From positions 1 through 40,252 of the forward strand of contig JANPDO010000246.1 of the NCBI GenBank assembly GCA_031431535.1: 40,252 nucleotides of DNA, read 5' to 3'. This document shows positions 9,317 through 18,301 of this stretch, one piece after another; positions within the stretch are counted from its first letter, which is position 1; each line of letters starts with the position of its first letter. The notes under the pieces are model-generated. The model saw nothing but the letters and a program-made list of their open reading frames with translations, made no database searches and was not told the DNA's origin. A program made the position numbers and the translations under genes. This DNA is from Chloroflexota bacterium (GTDB lineage: Bacteria; Chloroflexota; Limnocylindria; Limnocylindrales; CSP1-4).

Positions 9317-10792
9317 TCAATCGGGCGGCGGCCCCAGGATGACTCGCAGGAGATCCCGGACAAGGACGTTTGGGTCCGTCCGACTCTGATTGGTCAGGAC
9401 GGCGATGGCGATCCCTTCGTCCGATAGCCAGCGAACCACTCCGCGTGAGCCAAGGAGGCGTCCGGAGTGGCCAAGCGTCGGGCGGCCGTCAATCGTCGGC
9501 GCCTGGACCCCGAGCCCATACGGGGTAGACGGCTTGAATTTGGCGGTTGTCGCGATGTCCTCGACCATCGCGGCTCGGCCAGAGGCTGTCAGCACGCGTC
9601 CACCATAGAGGTGGCGGGCCCAGGTGACGAGATCCTCCGAGGTCGAGGCGATCGAACCGGCGCTGCCGGCGGCCGTGACGATCGAGGTGAAAGGGACCAC
9701 GGTTGTACCGTCGGTCATCGGAACGGGCGCAAGGTCTGCACCCGGCCCGACGAACCGGTACGCGAGTGCCTGGGGCCCCGGCGGGTCCTCAATGCCCTGG
9801 TAATGGGTGCCAACGAGACCCAGTGGATCGAAGAACCGGGCTCGGAGCTGGGCGGCGAGTGGTTGCCCGCCGACCGCCTCCGCGAGCAGGCCGAGGATCA
9901 CGTAGTTGGTATTCGAATAGCGCCAGTCCCTCCCGGGCTTGAAGTACGGCTTCCCGACATAGCCGAGGATCTCCTGCGCCGTCCAGACTCTGGCTCGATC
10001 GCCGAGGAGGGCTTCGTCGATGTCGGGGGCATAGAAGAAGTCGTGCAGGCCACTGGTGTGATCGAGCAGGTGGCGGACCGTGATGGCGTCGTCGATCGCG
10101 ATCGTCGACGCCAGCTCCGGCAGGTAGCTCGTCACCGGGTGATCGAGCTCCAGCACACCGTCATCGACGAGGGCGAGGATCAGTGCGGCGAGAAAGGTCT
10201 TGGAGATGCTCGCAATGGCGAATGCCGTGTCCGGTGTCACGGAGCGGATGTTCTCGACGTCGGCGAGACCGGTCGTGCCGACCCACCTGGAACCATCGGC
10301 AAACAGGATGGCCGCTGAGACCCCGGGCAGTCCGTAGGTCCCGCGCAGCTCGTCCAGGCGCAGCGTGAGGGCGGCTTCGAGGGCCGGCGTCGCCCGGAGT
10401 CGATCGGCTGACGGCAGGCCGTAGGCCAGGGCGGTCGAAGGGCCGGCGACGGTCGCTGCGGGCGCCGCGGACGGCGCCAGAGTCGGGACCCCGGTCGCGG
10501 ATGCGGTTGGGTTCGGCGCCGCGGTTGGGTTCGGTGCCGCGGTTTGGCCAGGCGCGGCTGTTGGGCTTGGCGACGCGGTTGGGCTTGGCGCAGCCGTTGC
10601 GGCGGGCTGCAGCGTTGTGGCCGGCGTCGGAACCTGACTGGACGCTGCGGTCGTCCCCGCGCCGCGTGTCGGCGTCGCAGCCGCAACGGGTGGGTTAGGG
10701 GCACTGGTCACTGCGGGCAGGCCGAACCAAGTGGCGGCCCCAATGATCAACGCGGCGAGCACGACCAGCGAGCGGACGCGCGGTCCGTTCAT
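9317..10792 (-). CDS. Serine hydrolase, beta-lactamase/DD-peptidase (class C-like) family, N-terminal anchor plus P/T/A linker
   Basis: SxxK (ASISK), LLDHTSG, YxN (YSNTNY) and HSG motifs; N-terminal hydrophobic segment after ATG 10792. Confidence 0.9.
   Translation of the reverse strand: MNGPRVRSLVVLAALIIGAATWFGLPAVTSAPNPPVAAATPTRGAGTTAASSQVPTPATTLQPAATAAPSPTASPSPTAAPGQTAAPNPTAAPNPTASATGVPTLAPSAAPAATVAGPSTALAYGLPSADRLRATPALEAALTLRLDELRGTYGLPGVSAAILFADGSRWVGTTGLADVENIRSVTPDTAFAIASISKTFLAALILALVDDGVLELDHPVTSYLPELASTIAIDDAITVRHLLDHTSGLHDFFYAPDIDEALLGDRARVWTAQEILGYVGKPYFKPGRDWRYSNTNYVILGLLAEAVGGQPLAAQLRARFFDPLGLVGTHYQGIEDPPGPQALAYRFVGPGADLAPVPMTDGTTVVPFTSIVTAAGSAGSIASTSEDLVTWARHLYGGRVLTASGRAAMVEDIATTAKFKPSTPYGLGVQAPTIDGRPTLGHSGRLLGSRGVVRWLSDEGIAIAVLTNQSRTDPNVLVRDLLRVILGPPPD
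10503..10592. repeat. Five degenerate 18-bp coding repeats encoding (A/S)P(S/N)PTA-type linker units
   Basis: gcggttgggttcggcgcc / gcggttgggttcggtgcc / gcggtttggccaggcgcg / gctgttgggcttggcgac / gcggttgggcttggcgca. Confidence 0.85.
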
Positions 10793-10858
10793 GGCAGCTC
10801 GTCGGGGCGATCCATGGCCCGCACCATACCCCGACGTCGTCCCGGGTACCATCGGCCG

Positions 10859-12121
10859 ATGACCCATGATCCAGCCGCAACCGACGCCGCCTCGCTGCTT
10901 CGATCCGTCGGACTCCTTGCCGACGGCCCCGGCCAGTGGGGGCGACCCATCTCTGCCGCCGGACCGGGGGTGTTCATCATCGAACTCCCCACGCCCCTGG
11001 CCACTCCCCCGATCGAGCTGACCCGTGTCGGAAAGTGGATCGAACGACTTGAGACCCTGAAGGTCGATGGGGCTCGTCCCACCTCGAAGACGCTGGCCGC
11101 CCGACTCGGATCGTTCTGGCTCGCGTCGCAGACGGTGCTGTATATCGGCAGCTCGGAGGTGTCGGTGGCGCGGCGCGTCGGGGCGATCAGCCAGACCGAG
11201 CTTGGAGATCGGAAACCCTACTCGGGTGGCCATTGGCTGAAGACGCTTCGTGGTCTCGAGGCGCTGCGGGTCTGGTGGGCTCCAACCAAAGCCACCGAGG
11301 AGTACGAGGATGCGCTGCTGGACGCATTCGCTGCAGTCGTCCCTGCTGTGGATCTGGCCGGGCTTCACGACCGCGAGGTCGTGCTGCCGTTCGCCAACCT
11401 GCGTCGTGGCGACGGCCGTCGGAAGGGGACCGGGCTGACCGGCTCACTGGTGCCGGAACCCGCAGCCGCGCCAGCGTCCCCAACCCGGATCGTCGAGGTT
11501 GCTGACGGCGATGCCGACGGCGCCCGCCTTGAGCCGCCGCCCTCTCGCCGCCAGGTCGCGGCCCCGACCCGCGCCACATCGGTGCGAGCCGCCGCACCCC
11601 GAACGGTCACGCCGCGCCCGACCGCCGCGATGGTCCGGGCGGCTCTGACCAACCAGCCGGGTAATGACGCTGACGGGCTCACAGCCAACGGCGAGGCCCG
11701 TCTCCGCGCCGAACTCGACCATCTGACCCGGCTCAGGCGGCCCGAAGTGATTGCCCGGATCCGCACCGCCAAGGAACACGGCGACCTCAAGGAGAACTCG
11801 GAGTACCACGCGGCCCGCGAGGAGCAGTCGTTTCTCGAGGGTCGCGTCCAGGCCATCGAAGCCCGGCTGCGAAGCGCGGTGATCGTGGAGGCACCCACCC
11901 TTGGAGCACGCGTGGGCCTCGGGTCGCGCGTCACGGTCGAGGTCGATGACGAGGCGATCACCTACACGATCGTCGGAGCCTCGGAATCGGACCCGGGAGC
12001 TGGCCGGATCTCGTCAGCCTCGCCCGTGGGGCGGGCGCTTGTCGGTCGGGACATCGGCGATGTCGTCACGGTCCGGACGCCGGCCGGTGATCGCGGCTAC
12101 CGGATCATCGAGGTCGGCTAG
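10859..12121 (+). CDS. greA: Transcription elongation factor GreA fused to an N-terminal GIY-YIG-like domain
   Basis: C-terminal ~147 aa: LT..G...L..EL..L....RPEVIARI..A.EHGDLKENSEYHAAREEQ...EGR, IVG..E.DP...IS..SPVGRAL. N-terminal PGVFII / VLYIGSS / RR / E / LPFAN. ATG 10859 lies 6 nt after TACCAT. Confidence 0.9.
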   Translation: MTHDPAATDAASLLRSVGLLADGPGQWGRPISAAGPGVFIIELPTPLATPPIELTRVGKWIERLETLKVDGARPTSKTLAARLGSFWLASQTVLYIGSSEVSVARRVGAISQTELGDRKPYSGGHWLKTLRGLEALRVWWAPTKATEEYEDALLDAFAAVVPAVDLAGLHDREVVLPFANLRRGDGRRKGTGLTGSLVPEPAAAPASPTRIVEVADGDADGARLEPPPSRRQVAAPTRATSVRAAAPRTVTPRPTAAMVRAALTNQPGNDADGLTANGEARLRAELDHLTRLRRPEVIARIRTAKEHGDLKENSEYHAAREEQSFLEGRVQAIEARLRSAVIVEAPTLGARVGLGSRVTVEVDDEAITYTIVGASESDPGAGRISSASPVGRALVGRDIGDVVTVRTPAGDRGYRIIEVG

Positions 12122-12177
12122 CCCGCCTACCCGACCTCAGCCCGCGAGCGGCTCGAGCAGCCCGGGGATCCGCCCGC

Positions 12178-12390
12178 GTGCCAGAACACGACCTTCTGAC
12201 CGTCGGGCTAGCCATCCCGAACTGGGACGCACAGGTCGATCTGAGCTGGATCATCGGCCTGCTGTTGCGCGGCCGGCAGAAAGGTCTCGACGCCGAAGCG
12301 GGCACGACGCTGGCATCTGGCGTTACCGCCGTCGACGACCTCGCCTGGTGGTGCGAGCGAGCCGTAGAGGCTGCGTCCAGACGCCTGTAG
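12178..12390 (+). pseudogene. Possible C-terminal remnant of a larger protein (70-codon ORF)
   Basis: Protein-like tail WDAQVDLSWIIGLLLRG...DDLAWWCERAVEAASRRL* with no SD or -10 at its start; family uncertain. Confidence 0.35.
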
Positions 12391-12443
12391 GCCGGCGCCA
12401 CTACGCTTACGACCCCAGCCCAGCCAACAGGAGGAAGTCCCCC

Positions 12444-12824
12444 ATGCCAAAGACCGTGCCGGCGCTGCCGGGCATCGAGGCCAGCAGCCTGCCATTCAGC
12501 CAGGTCGTCGAGGCGAACGGCTTCGTGTTCGTGGCCGGCCAGGTCGGCAACGCCCCGGGCGAGCGCTACGCCGTCCCCGGCGGAATCGATGCCGAGACGC
12601 GCCAGATGCTCGACAACGTCGGGCGGCTGCTGCGCGCCGTCGGTCTCGATTACCGCGACGTAGTCAAGTCCACCGTCTACCTGCGCGACTTCACCGACTT
12701 CGAAACCATGAACACGGTTTTTCGCGAGTACTTCCCGATCGAGCCGCCGACCCGCGCCACGGTCGGCGTGACCGCGCTGGCCAGGGATTTCACGGTCGAG
12801 ATCGAGGTGACCGCCGTCCGGTGA
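12444..12824 (+). CDS. RidA/YjgF/UK114 family protein
   Basis: PFSQ, VFVAGQVG, VVKSTVYL, N.VF.EYF...PPTRATVGV, VEIE motifs; SD AGGAGG. Confidence 0.92.
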   Translation: MPKTVPALPGIEASSLPFSQVVEANGFVFVAGQVGNAPGERYAVPGGIDAETRQMLDNVGRLLRAVGLDYRDVVKSTVYLRDFTDFETMNTVFREYFPIEPPTRATVGVTALARDFTVEIEVTAVR

Positions 12825-12834
12825 CAGGTAGCTG

Positions 12835-14217
12835 CTAGCTGTCGAAACCGATCCCCACGGCATCGAGTGATCGAAGCAGGAGCCCACGGCGACCATCCGC
12901 GTGATCCGCTCGGTCCAGTTCACGTTGCACCAGATTCACGATGGGCGAGCGGAAAGGCTCCGGCGGGAACGGGATGGGCGGGCTCGTGACCATCCGCAGC
13001 CGCAGTCGATCCTCTCGCGGGCGCAGGATGAAGTCCCGCACGACCCCGGCGGCCCACCGGCTCGCGCCCACGCCGAGCCCGGTGTAGCCGAGGGCATAGG
13101 TCACGCGGCCGCCCATTGTCTGCCCAAACGTCACCGTGAACCGTGAGGTGGTGTCGATCGCGCCGCCCCAACGGTACGGGAATCGAAGACCACGAAGCTG
13201 GGGAAACGCCCGGAAGAACTGGGTCTCAAGCCGGGCGAAGGTCTCCGGTCGATGGTCGAGATCGGGCGCGACACGGCTCCCACGATAGTGAACGGCGTCG
13301 TAGCCGCCCCACAGGATGCGATTGTCCGCCGTGAGTCGGAAGTAGTGGAACTGGTTGTTCGCGTCGGAGAGGCCCTGGCGTCGAGCCCACCCGATCGACT
13401 CATGCTGCGCTAGGGTCAGCGGCGCCGACACCAGGACGTAGTCGTATACCGGCACGAACACCGGCGAGAGACGGCGCAACCAACCAGAGTAGGCAGAGGT
13501 GGCCACCACGACGTGACCCGCGCGAACCACGGCGCCAGCCGCCGTCGCGACAGTGACACCACCGGCGCGACGCGCCAGTCCGATCACCCGGGTTCCCTCG
13601 TGGATGCGAACCCCACGCCGGCGAGCGACCGTCGCAATGCCGCGGCAGAGCCTGGCCGGGTCGAGCAGGATGTCCCGGCCCGGTGGACGGTAGAGGCCGG
13701 CATGCCACAGCGGCGAGTGGACCTCGGCCTGGGCGGCGTCCCGGTCCAGGAACTCGACGTGCTCGCCATGCTCGGCCGCCTCGTCCACCCAGGCCCGGAA
13801 CTCCGCCACCTGATAGGCCTGATCCGCGAGGGCGAGGGTTCCGGTCTCCTCGAGGTCGCAGTCGATGCCGTGCGTCCGAGTGAACTCAATCAGTCCGCGG
13901 AGATTCTCGATGCCTTCGCGTTCCAGGCGCGGGAGGTCGTCGGGGAAGTGGCGGATCCCGTTGGCCAGGCCGTGGGTCAGGCTCGCCTCGCAGAACCCGC
14001 CGTTGCGACCGCTGGCGCCAAATGCCACGCTGTCCGACTCCAGCACCGCGATACGCAGGCCCGGATCCGTATCGCTGAGCTGGATGGCCGTCCACAGTCC
14101 GGTGAAGCCGCCACCCACGATGGCAATGTCGACGTCAAGACGCTCTCCGGGGTTCAGCGGCGGATCTGCCACGTCGGCCGCGGCGGGTTCGCGCAGCCAG
14201 TAGCTGGTGGCGCTCAT
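12835..14217 (-). CDS. FAD-dependent oxidoreductase, DAO family (PuuB-like amine oxidase)
   Basis: SYW N-terminus, DIAIVGGGFTGLWTA, GASGRNGG, RILWGG, YRWGG, GYTGLGVG. Confidence 0.88.
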   Translation of the reverse strand: MSATSYWLREPAAADVADPPLNPGERLDVDIAIVGGGFTGLWTAIQLSDTDPGLRIAVLESDSVAFGASGRNGGFCEASLTHGLANGIRHFPDDLPRLEREGIENLRGLIEFTRTHGIDCDLEETGTLALADQAYQVAEFRAWVDEAAEHGEHVEFLDRDAAQAEVHSPLWHAGLYRPPGRDILLDPARLCRGIATVARRRGVRIHEGTRVIGLARRAGGVTVATAAGAVVRAGHVVVATSAYSGWLRRLSPVFVPVYDYVLVSAPLTLAQHESIGWARRQGLSDANNQFHYFRLTADNRILWGGYDAVHYRGSRVAPDLDHRPETFARLETQFFRAFPQLRGLRFPYRWGGAIDTTSRFTVTFGQTMGGRVTYALGYTGLGVGASRWAAGVVRDFILRPREDRLRLRMVTSPPIPFPPEPFRSPIVNLVQRELDRADHADGRRGLLLRSLDAVGIGFDS

Positions 14218-14272
14218 TTCGTCAGGGCATCTTGCGTCGTGTGCAGTCGCGCTCGTCGGCCGGCGTTCGCGA

Positions 14273-15127
14273 TCATTCGGTGACCACCAGCTCATCGATC
14301 GCGACGATGCGGTCACCCTTCGTCCCGATCACCTCGATCGTAAGCGTGTGACGCCCAGCCGCTTTCCAGGAGATGCTGTACAGCGTCACGTTGGCGCGGA
14401 AGCTGGATTGCTGGAGGTCGGCGATTTCGACCTCGACCCCGTCGACCAGCACACGGGCCTTGCCGCGGGTCGGCCCAACCGGGCCAAACCAGGCAATCCG
14501 GCTACCCTTGAACGTGATTGAGGCGGTGGCACCGTCGGCGCTCGCATAGCTCACGGCCCCACCCGCATATCCGCCGTGCTCCGCCGCTTGCCACGCACCC
14601 GTGTAGTCGATCGTGGAGCTCCGCTCCGAGTAACGGGTGGCAGCCACTGCCGCCTCCCCGCTGCCTGTGCCACCGGTTGGGGTGGCGCCGAAGATGGCCA
14701 TCACCCGAGACACATAGCTGGTGGCAGCCTGCGACCAGGCGGTGGTTCGCGATGACCCGGTCAGCCACCAGTAAGACACGCGCGGCCAGCTCCCGAGCCA
14801 GTGGTAGAGCGAGCGCATCTTGCCTCTCGCTACCTTTTCCTGGTTGGCCACGGTCGGCGCTGCATTCGCATCGCCCAGATAGGTCCGCGCCCAGGACCGC
14901 CAGTTACTAGGCATGATCTGGTAGCGACCAAAGGCGCCCGAGGTCCGGTTGACCGCCTTGTGGTTGCCGTTCGATTCAACCCGAGCCGTGGCGGTCATGA
15001 ACTGCTTGAGGCCGGGTGGGTCGGCAGCGAGGGCCGGTGCGGTTCCGAAACCGCCGATGGCACCGACGGCCAGGGTCGCCGCCAGCGTCGCCGCGACCGC
15101 CGCACGGCGGCCTGCCTGGACCTGCAA
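14273..15127 (-). CDS. Secreted lytic transglycosylase (SLT-like) with C-terminal beta-sandwich domain
   Basis: Signal peptide; VES catalytic Glu; SGAFGRYQIMP motif; C-terminal Y.G.W...F.G..I.W....PTRGKARV.VDG beta-sandwich pattern; SD GGGAGGG then TTG. Confidence 0.82.
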   Translation of the reverse strand: MQVQAGRRAAVAATLAATLAVGAIGGFGTAPALAADPPGLKQFMTATARVESNGNHKAVNRTSGAFGRYQIMPSNWRSWARTYLGDANAAPTVANQEKVARGKMRSLYHWLGSWPRVSYWWLTGSSRTTAWSQAATSYVSRVMAIFGATPTGGTGSGEAAVAATRYSERSSTIDYTGAWQAAEHGGYAGGAVSYASADGATASITFKGSRIAWFGPVGPTRGKARVLVDGVEVEIADLQQSSFRANVTLYSISWKAAGRHTLTIEVIGTKGDRIVAIDELVVTE

Positions 15128-15210
15128 TGCACCCTCCCTGGTTGCCGGAGTTGGGATTCACGGAGCGATTCGGCCGCCTGGCGCGAGCGGCCTGGCGTCC
15201 GGGGTCGGTG

Positions 15211-15240
15211 AGGATACGACGCACTCCCGGGGATCGACAA
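15211..15240 (-). promoter_or_regulatory. Putative sigma70-type promoter (TTGTCG-N18-TATCCT) for the transglycosylase
   Basis: Consensus-like hexamers about 85 nt upstream of the TTG start. Confidence 0.45.
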
Positions 15241-15299
15241 GTGGGTATTTCGGCTAGTTGGTTGCCCAACGGATCGAACATCGGCCAGCCCCCCGAAAG

Positions 15300-15824
15300 T
15301 CAGACGACCGCCAGATCCAGCAGGAACGCGGCGGCTCGATCGAGCGCGTCGTCCAGCACCGGCTTGAGCGTGTGGCCCAGGCGCGGGTAGGTCACCAGCT
15401 GCGCGCCGCCCAGGCGCGCCACAACCGAGCGGAGCAGATCGATCCGGGCGAACGGATCTGACTCGCCGGAGAGCAGCAGAACGGGACAGCGGATCGACGG
15501 CCAATGCTCGATCCGGGCGTCCGTCCGCTCCGGCGATCCGGGCGGATGGAGCGGATAGCTGAACAGGACGAGGCCAGCGTACAGCGCCCCGGGTTCGGCA
15601 GCCGCGAGACTCGCGACGCGGCCCCCGTACGAGTGCCCGCCGATGGCGACATCGACGGCGGCAGGCACGACGAGGTGGAAGGCGGGCACGGCGTCCTCCG
15701 CCTTGCGCCTGGGCAGGTCGATGGCGACCGCATGCACGCCACGTGCACGAAGGCCCTCGACAACCGGCGCCATGCTGGCAGCCGTGCCGCTTGCGCCGTG
15801 TCCGAGGAAACAGCGCACAGCCAT
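15300..15824 (-). CDS. Small alpha/beta hydrolase (KANL3/Tex30, dienelactone hydrolase-like)
   Basis: HGA, GGHSYGGR, SYPLHPPG, GESDPF and GH motifs. ATG lies 6 nt after TACCCT. Confidence 0.88.
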   Translation of the reverse strand: MAVRCFLGHGASGTAASMAPVVEGLRARGVHAVAIDLPRRKAEDAVPAFHLVVPAAVDVAIGGHSYGGRVASLAAAEPGALYAGLVLFSYPLHPPGSPERTDARIEHWPSIRCPVLLLSGESDPFARIDLLRSVVARLGGAQLVTYPRLGHTLKPVLDDALDRAAAFLLDLAVV

Positions 15825-15944
15825 TTGGACAGGGTACCCTGTGGGCTGGGCCGTTCGGCGGGATGCCGGATGACCCACTCGGGTCATGGCCGTGGACCCG
15901 ATTCACCAGCCATCCTCGCAAGCGAGACCCATCGCGAGGAGCCA

Positions 15945-17354
15945 ATGCCGACCAACGACAGACGCCGCACCGAGATCCGCAGGGCGCACCGCACGACCCT
16001 GACGGCAGCGGCGACGGCCCTGCTGCTGCTCGCGTCCACGATCGGCGCGGCCTTCGCGCCGGCTCGAACGCTGGCCGAGGAGCCGAGCGCCAGCCCGCTG
16101 GCCGCGCCTGTGCCATCGCCCGCCGCGGCGGTCGGCGCGCCAACGACCCTGAGCGACACGGTCACCTTCCACGGACGCGGCTACGGCCACGGCGTCGGGC
16201 TGTCGCAGTACGGGGCGCGCGGCCGGGCTCTTGCGGGCGAGGATGCAATGGCCATCCTGGCCCACTATTACCAGGGCGCGGTTCTCGCACCGATTGACCC
16301 GGCGACGCGGATCCGGGTGCTGGTCCAGTCCCGCTGGATCGCTTCCGAAGCAGGCCCGCTGGTCATCTTCGGTCGGGCCGTGCCGTGGTCGATCGATGAG
16401 CTGGGCGCGACCTTTCCTCCGGATGCACGTCTCCGGCTGATCCCGCTGACGAGCGGTCACGCCGTCGCGACTACAGGTCAATGGCGCCTCCTGATCGAGG
16501 CGGCCGACGCCACCGTCCTGTTCGATGCGCCGGCGCCGCTCGACTTCACCGTCCGGACGAACGGCGACGATGGCCGACTCCAGCTCTGGTCCAAGCCCAC
16601 CCGCTACGACCGGTATGGCGGCTCGCTCCGGGTCCTGATCCAGACCGCAACACGGGTCTCCGTGGTGAACGACGTGGCCCTGGAGCAATACCTCGCCGGG
16701 GTCGTGCCGATCGAGATGCCACCGGCATGGCCGGCCGCCGCGCTCCAGGCTCAGGCGATTGCCGCGCGCTCATTTGCCGCGCGTCGGCTGCGCCCCGGTG
16801 TGTCGTACTTCGACGTTCCGGATGGCTCGAGTTCGCAGGTCTACCGCGGCGCCCTGGCCGAGCATCCATCAACCACGGCCGCGATCGCCGCCACCACCGG
16901 GCTCGTGCTGCTCAGTGGCTCGACGATCGCCAATGCCCTCTTTCACTCGACGGGCGGCGGTGCGACAGAGTCCAACGAGAACGTCTACACCTCGGCCACT
17001 GGCAAGCGGGTCGGCAAGCCGGTCAGCTATCTGCGTGGATCGGTCGACCGCGCCCCGGATGGCACGCCGTTCGATGCGCTCGCCCCATACGCGAGCTGGG
17101 CGACGAGGACCTACAGCCGGGCCCAGCTGTCCGCCTGGTTCGCCACGGACCCGCGGACCAATGTCGGCGACCTGACGGCGCTGGACCTGCGCAATCGAGG
17201 TGTTTCCGGGCGCCTGGTGAGCGTGACGCTGATCGGCTCGCTGGGCAGCCGGACCGTGTCGGGCGAGATCTTTCGCGCGGTCTTCAACGCCCGGCGGCCC
17301 GCGACCGAACCAAGCCTCAAGAGCACCCTGCTGGACATCGCCCCGATCCCATGA
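15945..17354 (+). CDS. SpoIID/LytB domain peptidoglycan hydrolase
   Basis: GRGYGHGVGLSQYGA, LEQYLAGVVPIEM, ALQAQAIAARS, QVY, FHSTGGGATE; signal peptide; SD GAGGAG. Confidence 0.9.
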   Translation: MPTNDRRRTEIRRAHRTTLTAAATALLLLASTIGAAFAPARTLAEEPSASPLAAPVPSPAAAVGAPTTLSDTVTFHGRGYGHGVGLSQYGARGRALAGEDAMAILAHYYQGAVLAPIDPATRIRVLVQSRWIASEAGPLVIFGRAVPWSIDELGATFPPDARLRLIPLTSGHAVATTGQWRLLIEAADATVLFDAPAPLDFTVRTNGDDGRLQLWSKPTRYDRYGGSLRVLIQTATRVSVVNDVALEQYLAGVVPIEMPPAWPAAALQAQAIAARSFAARRLRPGVSYFDVPDGSSSQVYRGALAEHPSTTAAIAATTGLVLLSGSTIANALFHSTGGGATESNENVYTSATGKRVGKPVSYLRGSVDRAPDGTPFDALAPYASWATRTYSRAQLSAWFATDPRTNVGDLTALDLRNRGVSGRLVSVTLIGSLGSRTVSGEIFRAVFNARRPATEPSLKSTLLDIAPIP

Positions 17355-17376
17355 TCCCCTGATCCCATGATCCCGG
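17345..17376. repeat. 8-bp tandem repeat gatcccNN x4 spanning the spoIID stop codon
   Basis: gatcccat gatcccct gatcccat gatcccgg. Confidence 0.85.
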
Positions 17377-17379
17377 GTG

Positions 17380-17398
17380 GTGACAGGCTAGCTGTCAC
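17380..17398. promoter_or_regulatory. Palindromic operator-like site GTGACAG-N5-CTGTCAC
   Basis: Perfect 7-bp arms about 60 nt upstream of the small zinc-ribbon ORF. Confidence 0.55.
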
Positions 17399-17455
17399 GA
17401 CGGTGCGTGAACGTTCGAGACGTCGAACGCGGCGAACGCACTGGAGAACACGCAG

Positions 17456-17599
17456 ATGATCACCCTCGAATGCCCCTGGTGCACAGAATTGGTGGCCGTC
17501 GATGCCGTCACCCTCGGCGACCTTTCCTGCGACAGCTGCGGGATCGTTGTCGACATCGCACCCGACCCGCAGATTCGCCGGCTGGAACGCGCCGCCTAA
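17456..17599 (+). CDS. Small zinc-ribbon protein (47 aa, CxxC-x15-CxxC)
   Basis: Not in ORF track. SD GGAG then ATG 17456: MITLECPWCTELVAVDAVTLGDLSCDSCGIVVDIAPDPQIRRLERAA* (TAA 17597-17599). Confidence 0.75.
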   Translation: MITLECPWCTELVAVDAVTLGDLSCDSCGIVVDIAPDPQIRRLERAA

Positions 17600-17632
17600 C
17601 GCACTTGACGAGCGGCGACGTAGCATCGCCGA

Positions 17633-18301
17633 GTGCATCCAGACCGCCTGTCGAGAACCGCCGAGCAGTTGATGGCCGCCGGGCGTCGGCTGGGCGCCCG
17701 CGGACTGATCTCGGCAGGTGAAGGCAATCTGTCCGCGCGCCTTGACCGTGACCGGCTGCTGGTCACGCCGACCGGGCGGCGCAAGGATGAACTAGTGCCG
17801 GAGGACCTCGTGGTCATCTGGCTGGACCATCCCAGCGGTGTATCCATATCGGCCAATGGCCAGCAGCCCTCGTCCGACCTTGCGATCCACCTCGCGGTGT
17901 ATGCGGCCCGCCCGGACGTCGAAGCAATCGCTCACGCGCACCTGCCGGCCTCGATGGCGTTGACGCTCGAGGGCGAATTGCCGGATCCGGCAGCGCTGCC
18001 CGAAACCGGGCTGCTCCTGCCACGGCTGCCGTTCGTCTCCCTGGGCGTGCCGGGGAGTACAGACCTCGCCGCCCGCGTCGCCACTGCCTTCGCTGCGCCG
18101 CCCGAGCCCTTGCCGACCGCCGTCCTCCTCGAACGCCATGGCGCGATCGCCGTTGGGAGCGATCCGACCCAGGCCGTCGATCGGCTGGAGCTGGTCGAGG
18201 TCCTGTGCCGAACGTGGCGCAATGCCCTCCTGATTCGCGCGGCACGGGCCGGACTGGGTATCGTGTCGGCACCCAGCCCAGGGCCACACCCGGAGGAATG
18301 A
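17633..18301 (+). CDS. Class II aldolase/adducin family protein
   Basis: EGNLS, VTPTG, PSSD..IH, HAH and LERHG metal-binding motifs. GTG lies 6 nt after TAGCAT. Confidence 0.88.
   Translation: MHPDRLSRTAEQLMAAGRRLGARGLISAGEGNLSARLDRDRLLVTPTGRRKDELVPEDLVVIWLDHPSGVSISANGQQPSSDLAIHLAVYAARPDVEAIAHAHLPASMALTLEGELPDPAALPETGLLLPRLPFVSLGVPGSTDLAARVATAFAAPPEPLPTAVLLERHGAIAVGSDPTQAVDRLELVEVLCRTWRNALLIRAARAGLGIVSAPSPGPHPEE

Noticed and set aside
12821-12843. Second copy of the 17380 palindrome (gtgacaggtagctgctagctgtc)
   Set aside because: It is made largely of the two convergent gene ends and has different spacing; probably coincidental.
15128-15300. c-di-AMP (ydaO) riboswitch upstream of the transglycosylase
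   Set aside because: Conserved elements (GCUGAAUC, GGGGGA, CCCGUCAGCUAAC) were not found.
17456-17599. LysW amino-group carrier
   Set aside because: Zinc ribbon is similar, but the C-terminal EDWGE motif is absent and no lysX/argX genes are nearby.
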